In this document: piece after piece, positions 38,829-51,272 of the stretch
Layout of the letters: every line of letters starts with the position of its first letter
How positions within the stretch are numbered: position 1 is the stretch's first letter
Assembly: GCA_949358305.1 (NCBI GenBank)
Contig: OX442314.1
Coordinates: 16,740,001 to 16,804,000 of the forward strand
Direction of reading: 5' to 3'
From: Strigamia acuminata
Taxonomy: Eukaryota
DNA length: 64,000 nt
Notes under the pieces: generated by a model
What the model was told of the DNA's origin: nothing
Seen by the model: the letters and a program-made list of their open reading frames with translations, nothing else
Database searches by the model: none
Program-made: the position numbers and the translations under genes

Positions 38829-41000
38829 TTTCAATAATTAAACTTTTAAAATTACAATGATTTTTCCCACTTTCCGGGCTTCGTAGAAGCCAACGCCGGT
38901 GGAGAAGTTCTCGCTTTTATACTTGCAGCTCTGCTTCCAATTCCCTTTAGAGGGGATTCGCCAATTGCAAACGTTTGACATCATCTCAGCAAACGCCACA
39001 CTTGTTGTAATGACGTCATCACATTCATCATTACCATGACGTTTGTGATATTTAATGACGTTTCAGAGCAGATTTCGTTCAGGTCTCATGCAAACAAACA
39101 CTGTCGTTTCTGATTGGTTAGCCGCATGTTTTTTGCAGTGTGTTGCTTTGAACCAAGGCAATAGGTGAGTAAAATAATGTGATTCAAGCGTGAACCCATC
39201 CCCATTATTTTTTTTGTTATTTCCAGCAATATGGAGTATACAACTAATAATAATAATCCCAAGCTCCAGCGTCAATGTTGCATCATCATTCATCCATGAT
39301 TCATCATTAATCAAGCGGCCACCACTAATTTATGCAGTGGCGTAGCAAGAAGTCAATGCGCCCGTGTTCAAATTGGGTAGATGGGTCTTTAGCTGAGCTG
39401 TAGCTAGAATTATCTTGGCTCATCCTCCATGACCACCCCTTGTGGGCCCGTGTCAGGACCGGCTCAAGGCATGACCGAGCGGTGCAACTGCACAGGGCGC
39501 TAAGCTTTGAGGGATGCATTAATGCGCCCAAAATTCGCCGACTAGCATTCAAGCAAAAAATATACGCAGCCTTGGCCCATGTCAACCACATGCACTGCAA
39601 CTGCACCCATATTTGCTATGCTTTTGAAAATATTATCCGAAAATATATAGAAATGTGGGTCAGATGAGTAGGAATTTCGCCTAAGTAATTGTAATCATAT
39701 TCGTCGATTTGAAAAATACCAATATCAATCCCTTTAGTTTGGTCAAAAGTTGTTAAAATGTGGGTACCAATTGGTAAGGTATTTGATGAGTGGCTGGCAT
39801 TGAATGCGTTGTGATCTATTCAAGGTTTAGAATCTAAACTTTAGATTGATATAGATTCCATAAAGCGAATTAGAAAAATCGAGGCGAGATAAAAACAACA
39901 AAAGTGATTTCATCCCTCCATAAACTGTTCACTTCAGTCCAGATGAACTTCTTTGGCTACAGATTCCTGGCCGATGAAAAACATACTGTTGAAAGTAATG
40001 GACACAGTACGAACATGCGCATAGATTCAAGTATTAAAGATGCTTTATTTGGCTTTATTCTAAAACAAACAATATTTTTTTATTTCACAAACGAAGGAAC
40101 AGCAAATGGATTCTGGTTATTCGGAAAAGTGATTAATACAAATACTACACAATCACAATACCTAGGATCCACTGTAGGTTCTCTAGTTCAGACAATTTAA
40201 AAGACAGTAAAAGATCCAGCAGTCAGAAGAGAATGGTTCAGGTTTTTTTTCTTTAGTTTAGACCACGGTGTTTCTCTTACACCGTGGTTTAGACCTAGTT
40301 TTGGATTTCTCTCGATTTTTGTCGTGTATTTGATCAATAAAAGCTTTTTCTCGAGTTTCTGACATTTTCAACTAATTTTACATTTTTGTTTCAACATTTC
40401 ATCTCAAATTCAACACCAAAATGTACAAATACTCTCGCAAACACTGCACCTTTGGCCCGTACTGTGTTTATATTTGTAGTCATAGTTATGCATTTTGTCA
40501 CCAGGGCAGCTACGCAGTCAATGTTTTATTTTGTTTATCGTAAGTTCAACTGATTGTTTGTGCTTGGACGTCCAAGGTTTGTGTACACATACACGAAAAG
40601 TTAAAAGGGAAAAAAAGCAAAGGGGCAAATCATGGTCTTGAACAGTTGAATAAAATTAGTACTCAAAGGACCTTGTTTCCCCCCGCCCCACGACAAGGTC
40701 GGATTTAAGGTAGGGCAAGCGGGTCACAACTCCCAGACGTCCGGTAGGAGGAGACAAACGTTTCCCCCTGGAATACCCCCGCATTCTTTGGCCTTTTTAT
40801 CGTTTCCCGCTCGGACCACCAGCTCTAATTAATTGACTAAATTTGCATTGCAAAAACAAAGAAAACACGCTGCGAGAATGATTATCTTTAATCTTGATAC
40901 GATTCATGAAAATTTAAATTTAAATCCCCGCCTACTTGTAATGTTACTATTTTTAAACATTACATCTTCTCATTCAACCAATAACACGCTACTACTGAAA

Positions 41001-41177
41001 TGACGTAAGCGCATGCGCACGAGAGGCGTCCGGCTGTTCGATTGGGTACAAAGACGTGAGTCACCGCTACCGCTTCAGTTAACGTCTGGTCTGTTCTTGG
41101 GAGTGTATACCTGTTGCTTGGAAAATTCACCATTCATCAAACAAGCTTCACTTTAATGTTTTAAAATAATAAACCAG
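41001..41177 (+). promoter_or_regulatory. DUSP core promoter and non-coding first exon
   Basis: TGACGTAA (41001), GCGCATGCGC (41009, NRF1/Ewg-type), ATTGG (41041), TGAGTCA (41057), Inr-like TCAGTT (41075), and donor CAG|GTATG at 41177. Confidence 0.65.
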
Positions 41178-42348
41178 GTATGTTTATCTTTTTTTTCTTC
41201 TTCCCTATCTTGAACAATTCAAACACTGGAGCGCCGTAAGTTTGAATTTTTGTCGTCTGCTATTCAAACCCGGAAAACTCGCCTTTTATTTTATCGCACT
41301 AAAAAAAAGAAAAAAGATATTTCTAATTTCTAATTGTTGTCTGCCTGACAGTACACACAAACAACAAAATAGAACTGAAAAAAAGCGAAAAAAAAAAATA
41401 TTACACAACCCCGTATAATTTATTTATTATTGTTGTTGTTAATATTCTTTTAAAAAAAACGCCATTATATAACAGGAAAAAGTTGTTTTTTAATCTATAA
41501 GGAAAATATACTTTCTACATAATAAGTATTAATGATTCTTAAGAGAATATCAACTAAAACTCCTAAGTAAATGTTAAATCTGACATTTGTAAACAAGGAT
41601 AATATTTTTATCTTTACTGCTCTATACAAACTAAGACGTATGACGTCATTCTTGACCTCCTCCAATACATTGCAATAACTGGTGGGATGGATTTGTATTC
41701 TTACACAATGTTTTGTAATAAAAATTAATTACAAAATTAAAAAATAAAAAATATCAATAATTTGAAATATTAATTTTATTTTAATTACTTAATTTTTATT
41801 GTAGAAATAACCTTAAAAAGAAAGATATTTTCTTTAAAAAAAAATCGTCTTGAACACATTTCAATCTAGGCCTCAGTTGTTTGGGTGAGTTAAAAATACC
41901 TCCCGCATTACGTCACAGGGCATATCTGTTAGTGGTATATCAGAGCAGGATGGGGATGGGAGCTCATTCGAGCCCGAGGCTTGCATGAGTTCACACTCGG
42001 ACCCTGCGAGACTGGAGTTGCACAGGACCCAAGTGAGTCACTGGTGAGTTGTGTGGTACAAAGTATTAAGTCTCCTCGTCATTATTTGATTCATAATGTT
42101 GGGAAAGTTTATCCATGAGTCCATTTCATTTCATACCCAGCCCAGTGTTTGACAGGCAATTTTTAGCTCCAAAAAAATGAGGGAAAAGTGGAGTACGTAA
42201 TTTATTTAAAGTTATTGTGGTTGAATTTAGATCCAGTTGACAGTGCCAAAAAAAACTGAAGGATTTTTTAATTTTTTTTTCTTTTTTAAATTTTTTTTTT
42301 TGGTATTAATTTTGAATTAATTTCTATTTGTAGTAAAAGCGCCTTCGA

Positions 42349-43163
42349 ATGTCCGGTGTCGAAGTGGAGTGTTGAAGTTCGGCGGTAGAAGATTGGCCTT
42401 GCGTCCACTCGTCATGCTTAGCGTGAGTGAAAGTCGTCGTGAAAGCCTTAAGCTGCCTTTGAGTCGAAGCCTGAGTGAACCAGGACCGACGAATGTAATC
42501 GTGGTGACCAGCACTTCAGCTCCGAGCAAGAAATGTAAACTGGAAGAAACCGTGTCGTTGCCAGCATCGCCCAATTCCGACCCTGCCATCAATTTCCGAA
42601 GCGTGATCAAAGCGAGCCGAGTGATGGAAGTGGGCGAACTGTCGAGACGAATCGTGGAGAACGGACACACGCAGAGCAGATCGTTTTTAATACTAGATTG
42701 CCGTCCTTTTCTGGCGTTCAACTGCGGTCACATCGCCGGTTCGATCAACGTGAATTGCAGCGATCGATTCAACCGGAAGAGATTGCAAGTCGGAAGGGCA
42801 ACGTTGGCCGATTTGGCTCCCTGCAAAGAGGCAAAGGACCTAATCAGACGTCGAACGTGTCGTGAGGTCATCGTGTGTGATGACTCCACTGCTGATTTGG
42901 ACAACCTGCATCAGAATCATCCATTGTTTCTTGTGTTGAGTGCATTGTGTGAAGACCAGAGGGATGCTGTCGTCCTTAAAGGTGATTGTTTTTGCTATTT
43001 CTTTTATCCGACCTCAAGTGTAATAAAATGGTGTAATAAAAGAGCGATTTGAGCCAAATTTAGGGTCTGCTCTAAATTTGGGATCATCTTGGATCGCTGC
43101 CCTACGCCGTTTAAAACTGATGAATAGTTTTGCATTTTATTTTCAATTAGAGATCATCTTTTT

Positions 43164-43194
<31 letters not shown>

Positions 43195-46100
43195 TCGATA
43201 GTCTGATACGGATGAGATCAATTTTGAGTCATTTTCAGCTGTTTCCAATTCGGCTGACTCATTTGAAGAACTTTTTACAGTATTTCAGTTTTGACTCATT
43301 TACGGCATTCGTTAAAGCAGCAGTTTTCTTCAAAACAAAAAGAAAATTATTTCTATTTTATTTTTAATTTTTTTTTTTGATTTTGATTTTTTTTTTGGAT
43401 TTTAAGGAATGGGTTATTGACCTAATGCCCTACAGCCTTCAGTGAAAATAGTCTGAGATGCTTTTTGACCTGACTTTGACCCATTTTTTGGTATTTGGGA
43501 AGGACATTTTTGAGAAAAGAACCTCCAAAAATGTTTGCCTTGACTGATTAATACGGTCAGGGATTGTGGTTTCACAGCTTTATTGCAAGTATCGGGCAAT
43601 TTGGATGTTGCGGAATAAAGGTCTAATCAAATAACGTATATTGCCTCGATTTAGCGCCCCAGTAAATGCGCGCTAATTGGATTAATCTGGGCACAAATTT
43701 TGGCAGCTAATCTGAAAATGGACAGTATTTTTCCATTGTGTTATGAGATAACCAAATGGAGTCGTTACTATGTACTATTGAGCCCTGAATGAGTATGGAT
43801 GTGAAAAAAATGGCTATTTGTGTAAATCCGATCCTGAAATAGCCAACTTTACTTGCTACCACCCATTTAAACCTATGACTAGGAGGAAAAGTATTGAGTT
43901 TGGAATCTGCTTTAGTGTTTTTGGCACGGGGGATCTAAAAACATTTGTTTTGATGGTGAATCATCAGACTGGGCATGCAAAACAAGACTGCAAGAATTTT
44001 TGCTTTAAAGTTCATGGGTCTAATACGCTAAACTAGGGGAGGCGAAGAAGAAATCTTTTCTGAATCATATTCATACCTTTGTTAGACATAAGTCCAAATT
44101 TAGCAGATGATCTAAACTGTGAAGGAATGACGATTGTTGAACTTCAAACTTTTTTATGAGGAATTATTTTATTTTTGTTTGTTTTTTATTGATTAATCGA
44201 TTTGGATTAAAGAGGTAAAAATAGAAAAATCAGGTCTGGGCTATTTACCGCAGATATTGCCCATTTAACCCGTTCTAGTCAATCATGGAGTTGGTCTATT
44301 CATTGATTCGCCATCTGCTGCCAATCAAATTAGGAAATAATGGCGAATTTAATTTACAACCCTTCGTGACTCATCATTATTCACACTTTGTGACGTCACT
44401 AAACGACAATGATATTTTGTCAAAAGTGCAAAAGGTAGACAAAGTTGTTCTCTTGAAAAATTAGCATTATAATGAAAGGATTTTTTTTTTCTCAACTGGT
44501 CGGCAAGGTTATTTATATTTTTATTTATTTATTTATTTATACTTTCTACATCTGATGTCATTTTTGAGTGGTGAGTGTTAGATCAAAGGATTTCCTAAAA
44601 GTGCAATGAACACGACCGTATAAGTCGAAAGTCGTTTGAGACTGCGTGGAGCCTCGTGTCATCTAACTTAAAAGACAAATTACCTCTTTAAATAAAAATT
44701 ATTTTTTTTCTAAAATTATTATTTAATTGATTTATTTTTATTTTTTATTTAAGGTGGGTGGCGTGAATTCAACAAACACTACGCACATTTATGCGAATCA
44801 AATACTGTTCAATCTCCGACGATACTTTGTTGCGATACGATGTCGTGCGACCCGTCACTAAACGAACCGGACATTGAAAACACACCAGCAACTCGCGTGC
44901 TTCCATTTCTCTTCTTGGGCAATGAAAGAGATGCGGCAGATTTGAAGGGGTTGTTGGATCTGCGAATTACGTGTATTCTTAATGTAACAGCTCATTTGCC
45001 CGGCTATCACGAAGAACAGGGGATCAAGTATAAACGATTACCAGCTTCTGACAGTGGTCATCAGAATCTCAAACAGTACTTCGATGAAGCTTTCGAATTT
45101 ATTGGTAAGTCAACTTTATTTATTTAGTATTAGTAATTTGTTGCAATTCTTTCCATAGAAAGAGACATTTCATTGACATGTCCAAATTGCACAGCTGCGA
45201 GTGCATAGCCGAACATTAATTATGTTTACGCCGCTTGTTTCCGGGTATCCGAAACCGAGTACATGCACGGGACCAATCCCTATGGGCATCTTGCAGGTTT
45301 CAGATACTTTTACAGCGAAATCTAGCAGGGGGAATCCATGCAACTGAGGATATAGCTGGAATTAACGGTTTCGGTTCCGTCCTTGCACACCTCTCTGCCC
45401 TATTTTTCTGTAGCAATGACTCGATTACAGATTTATCGCTGTATTTTTTATTTATTTCTGTTTCCTCATACACGTTTTTGAAGGTTAATGAATGGGTTTC
45501 GCAAGATTGGTTCGGTTGGGAAACCCTTTTTTGGGTTTCTAGTGTGTACTGTATGTGGTAATATAGTATACAGACCGATAAACAATTAAAACTAATCATT
45601 GCAGCTGTTGTCATCCATTCATTTTCCGGCAGATGTTAGTTTCGAAAGTTGCTTTCAAACTCCGTCATTATGACGTCAGGTAATTGATGCGGTATAAAAA
45701 AAATTCATAGACAACAATTTTAGATTCGGAGAAAGTTTTTTTCTCTCGCTCTCTTTACGGCCGAGTTGTCTTTTGCTTCGGTTTAGAACAGAGTTCAATG
45801 TCCCCTAAAATAAAATAAAAAAAAGTTTACGTTTGATGCAACCGCAGTGAGGTAGCCTTCCAATCCAAGCGAAGAAATGAATAAATGAAATTTATTTAAA
45901 TTGATTTTTATATTTCTTTTTTAATTTTTCAATGAGGAAGCTTTTAATTCGAATTGGGATTAGTGAATGGTCAGTTGATGAATGGAAGCTGTTGAATGGC
46001 AATGACAAGGTTTGTGCTGCTCGAATTTCCGGTGCATTTGTGCGCGGGCTAGAAGAAGGCTTCGAGTTTGAATGGACCGGAAACAGTAGCAATGATACCG

Positions 46101-49100
46101 TCGAAAGGCGACCGGTCCAGAAGTGGCAACAGATGGTTATGAAGGGGGAAAGGTGTAGTTCGCATGATAAAGCGGTTCCTGAATAGGGGGCTCGGCAAAC
46201 TAGACTCGGGTCGGCTTTTCAGTTTGCATTTGGCTTTTGTTCTGTGTCCATTGAAAGTTGCACGCGTACCGCGGAACAAAAGTAATATGACATCATCGCA
46301 GATTAGGTGACGTAGTTGTGAATTGTAATTGGCTTGATGGGGGTCTACCGATGAAGGGGGTGCTGGCTGACTCATACCCACAAAAAAGAAAGCAAAATTT
46401 GTTTTGGGTCGAGTCGTGACAGTTGACAATTAGTTGCATTTTGCTTGTTTGTTTGGTTATTTCGGAGGTTTCGTGCGGCCGGAAGTGTCCGTCGTTGACC
46501 GGAACAGTGGATTTCCTCTTACGATTGGGTGTGGTTAACGCGAGAGGTTCCTCAGCCGTAAACAAGATTCTTAATTTGTGGAATTAGACACCCATCCTTG
46601 TGAGTCAGCCACTTAAGTTGAAAAAGTGAGCTAATAAGATTCTTCGTTTTTAATTTGTCTCGCTAAAAATTGTTTACAGCAAATTTTAAGTTTGAAAATT
46701 TGATTACGGGAAATTTTGTTGCGAGTTGTTTTCGGCTTTATTATTATTTTGAAGTATTATTATTATTTATTATTATTATTGGTTTTTATGGAGGCCTAAA
46801 ATGCACAATTTATCTTATCGTAAGTTGATAAGATGGCGACAAGGTGGCGGCGATATTTTTTTTTGTTATTTGTGCCATGTAAACAGACCGAGTGCATTAT
46901 GAGGCAGATTTGATCCATCACCTGTAACACGATGATTCAATCAGTGAGTCACTACACGTGTGCAACAAGTGAAAAAAAGTTGATAGCAACAAGTCCTCGG
47001 TATCCTCCTATCGCGTGTATTTTGATTGATATATTTGAATGTATAAACAATATATTTTGAAGAAGTAAAAAATGAATTTGGTGATTAAATTTCTGAATAT
47101 TAATTTCAAGTAGATTACACCGAGTATGCTTTGACCAAACAGTTATCAATAATTCTAAATTCGCTTTTATATTCGCACTACGTAATTTCGTGAGTCATGC
47201 GCTAATCTCGTCATGCATGACCTTCACAAAGTCGCCATTTTTAATTTTTTGCATGATAATTGAGTGCGAAAAAATTAGTAAATCAGTGGGTGTAGTGAGA
47301 TTGTGAGGGGTGTGCATTGATATCAATGAGATTAGAAACAAGAGTGGGGGTGTTCTCAGGGCTGATGTTGTGCAATTGGCCAGTTAATGGAGCAGAACTT
47401 TTTAATTTATCTTGATTTCCGTTGTGAGAGGTTTTTAGGTCATAGAAATGAGCAAATCTATGTTCATGACCTCACATGAATTATAATTCAATCTGGGATT
47501 TTTGTCAGGAGATGAAGATAGAATTTTTCTTTATTTTTTTTTATTATTTTTTTTTTTTACTAAAGAAAATAAAATAAAAATAAAAATATATAAAAAAAAG
47601 CAATAAAAACGGGCGGTAATGAAATAAGTTTGTACTTTTTATGACCTTGACTGGTGGTAATCTTATGAAAAGTGAGTCATTCTGTACTGTAAAACCTTCA
47701 AATAATAACAAGGAAAATGGTTGAGAGCAAAAAAAAGAAATTGTTTACTTTTGTTCTGAAAAATGTTGTGTAATTGGCGTTGGATTGTAAAGTGATATTA
47801 TTGTTGACTACTGATTGGGTTTGGTTATTTTTAGTTTGAGATTTTTCGAAGAACGAAAGCAAAAAATTGTAAACAAATAATAGTTTTATGTTGATGGTTC
47901 GTTAGATTCTGGTATGATGTTGTGGTTTCGAATTGTATGGCTGCTTCCTGTGGGCTGCGGGTCACCCAGGAATGGTAGAATGAGTCATAGTGAGTATGGC
48001 GGACAGATGGTTGCCATGCAACTTATAAAAGAAATGAACAGCTGGCTTTTTTCCAACTTAGCCCTTCCCTCTACATCAATTTCCATGGTGTGAAGTTTTT
48101 ATTTACAAATTAACTTTATTTTTGCCTATTAAAATTTAAAAAAAGTGGGCGGATAAATTGAAATAAATTCCATCAAATATGTGAATGTGTCTGTTGTAAC
48201 CTTTTGTGGACATGCATGCTAAATAATGGCGTGTTGACTAATCAATAAAGAGGGGAAAAACAAACATGTTAAAGTGCAACTAAAATTTTTTTTTGTTTTT
48301 ACCATAAAAATGTAACAAAAAAATGTAAATTTAGATTTAAAAATTCTATTTAATTGTGAAATACCTTTTTAACAATTTGTTTTTGGTAGCAAAAAATGCT
48401 CCATCTTGATTTCCTGCATGATTCATTCCAGTTTTTTTCCCCAATAATTTTTCAATATCTTTTTCCTGATTCATAAATATCCCCTTGGTACTAATTTATT
48501 TTTTATGAAAAAAATAACCGTCACTAAATGACTAAGGAAATTAATGAAAATAAAAAGGGGTGCTGGGAGGAGGTATATTATCAACTGGACTTGATTAGGA
48601 GGTGAGGGTAACTTTTTTTATTCCCCCAACTCATTTTTTTAAATCCAATATTCGAACCCCTAACCCATTGGGTATAAATAAAAAGCGCAATAAATATATC
48701 GCCGCAGCCAAAGGGGTCGATTTAATACGCCAAAGTTTATTCGCAGAGGTGGAATTTTTTATTTTTTCATTTGTTTAGGTAACTGGAAATTATTAGGAAC
48801 CTCAGCAGGGATGTGAACGTACACTTTAACGTGGCTTTGATTTAATCTGTGATGTCAGCACCTTCAGACCCATGAGTCAACCTATTCACCATCTGCCCGA
48901 GATGAAGTACTGACGTCATTTTATGTACAATAACAGCGAGTGCATGAGAGACATAATACTGGCCAATAATGAAGAAGTGGATTAGGGGTTGGTCATCTCG
49001 TTGTGTCAATTTGACGACCCTCCCATGCCGTGATCAAAAGCTAGTTTAGCACTAAATGGCAAAGTTTGTTGCAAACATGGCCGGCAGTCGTTGTTTTTAC

Positions 49101-50230
49101 GGCGCTTTGGGCAAATATTACGTCAAAATGTTAAGAGATGTCGTTAAGTAGGAAGTTGTTTGGGCTTTGGGTTAGTTTTATTTGACTTCCGCTCGGTTTG
49201 ATTCTGATTAGGAAAATGTGTTGAGTGGTTGGCATAGAATTTGGGTAATTTAAAATTATAAAAAAAAAATTGTAGGTTTTGTAAATCATGGAAAAAATGT
49301 GTAGGAAATCAAATGGATTTAATCTTCCGGGTGACTGGGAACGTTTAAAATGAGGTCAGAAATGTATTTCTTGCATGAGTTGCTACACTTCCTTGAGTTT
49401 TGGAAATGTTTTTCCTAATTGATCAATATCCTACGAAAGGATCATTCCCCTTGAATCAAAATCGTCGCAAATTTTAGCGGTATTACGTTAAGAAATGTCC
49501 GAAATATTGCGTGATGTAAACTTACACGACGGTTAAACGTGGGGAATATTTCCTGCTTATTGTGAATTTGTTGCTCACGTAGAAAACAAAAAAACCCGGT
49601 AGGAATTCCTGTTGTATGAGTTAGAAAACTCCTGAAAATCGGAAAAATCTTTGACTGCATGCGTGTAGTTGCCAGCTTCCTGTTTGTTAGATTCATTTGC
49701 GTCTGTTTTGTGTGCATTTTTGAGTTTTAATGACTTCTTTTCGTGTTAGGGTAATGGCTTTTTGGCCCTTTAGCTCGTGTTCGCGTGCTAATTGCTTAAA
49801 CCAGGTTGGTTGAATGAGTTTTCTTGGGGTCTTGCAGTTGTCATTAAAGTTGAGATGTGTTGTTTTGTGTCTGATTTGTGTTGAAACGAATTTTAATGTT
49901 TGTTTCAATGTATTTGCAGATGAGGCCCGACGAAATGAAAACAACGTGCTTATACATTGCCAGGCGGGCATTTCCCGTTCACCCACCATAACCATTGCCT
50001 ACATCATGAAACACACATTAATGAACATGGTAGACGCGTACCGAATGGTGAAAAACAAACGTCCAATCATATCACCTAATTTCAACTTCATGGGCCAATT
50101 GTTGGAGTTCGAACAGAATCTTCGCAGCAGCCAAGATGATCCTGAGTGCAAACCTTGTCGTCAGTGTGTGTGGACAGACTCGAATTCAGTTACTGACTTG
50201 TCGCAGTGTGGTAAAACGTGCAGTGTTTGA
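42349..50230 (+). CDS. DUSP10: Dual-specificity MAPK phosphatase, DUSP10/MKP5 type (rhodanese + DSP domains)
   Basis: Coding exons (42349 or 42414)-42981, 44754-45104, 49920-50230. Motifs [56 protein letters not shown]. The start is ambiguous: the ATG at 42349 is 1 nt out of frame and the first in-frame ATG is 42414. Confidence 0.93.
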
Positions 50231-51272
50231 GTGTGTTGTATAGTAAATGCCCGAGCAGTCGAGTATTGTCTTCCTCCTATTATCAGCTTTAGCATCTACC
50301 AGTCGATGTTTTTGTTTTTCCAAAGGCCCTAGTCCACTTTTTATTTAATTTTATTGTTTCTTTTAAATTTCTATTATTGTAATTGTTGGCCAATGTATAC
50401 AAAGATCCACAAACGGTCGCTTTTAGGTTACTAGAAGTTTAGATCGACTGGCTTTCATTAGCGCTCATTGCCGACATGTTGGATGAGCGTGGGAAATATC
50501 ACGTGATGTATACGTTTTAACTGAGCTTACAAGTCGGACATGAACTAGTCGACTAGCGTTGAAACGGAGTTTCCCGTAGTCAATTTTTTAAATATTGTTA
50601 TTAGGCCTAATGTAATGGAAATTTAAAAGTCGAAATGTCAGTAAGCAGCATTCAATGGCCTTTATCAATTACGACTGCAGAATTTGCAGAGAAATAACTG
50701 AAAAGAATCAGTATTTTCCAATATTTTTTTGTGACAACTTCCTTATTATATCACTAGGGCTTCCTTTTTTTATTACATTTGTCAGAGCAGTACTTAATTC
50801 TGTGCCTTAAGTTGGGCAAATGTTATTACTACTGATGTGCATATCTGGTGAAAATAAGAAAGACTTAACAAAATGAATAACCTTCTCTGAAAAAGTGCTC
50901 ACATTTATGGGGTTTCTTTTGTTTATTTCTAGTCTGGTTACAACTAAAGTGCCTGTGAAAGGATAAAACAAAAACCTCGAGTCATTTAATATTTTTATTG
51001 TATTTTTTTTTTATCCTGGCACATTTTTCAATGAAAAGTTGTATTTTTAGATTTATTTTTCGTGTTTGTCTGAAAGAAAAAAGTACAAAGCTATTCTGTA
51101 ATGTGTATGCAAGGAATACTTTGAACACTTGTATGCTGATTGTAGTGTGTTTGAAAAATGAGAACTTTATACACCAATATATTATTAAATTATGAACATT
51201 TCTGTATACTACTCGTGTTCATTTATTACATTGACTTATGGAAACGTTTAAATTACAGCAATACGATGAATG

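Noticed and set aside
39335..39600. ORFs 39325-39606 and 39440-39667
   Set aside because: They overlap CAGTGGCGTAGC and CAGGACCGGC hAT-like MITE ends and show no protein signal.
45235..49995. Short ORFs within and antisense to the DUSP introns
   Set aside because: No homology or splice support; consistent with chance ORFs in GC-richer regulatory DNA.
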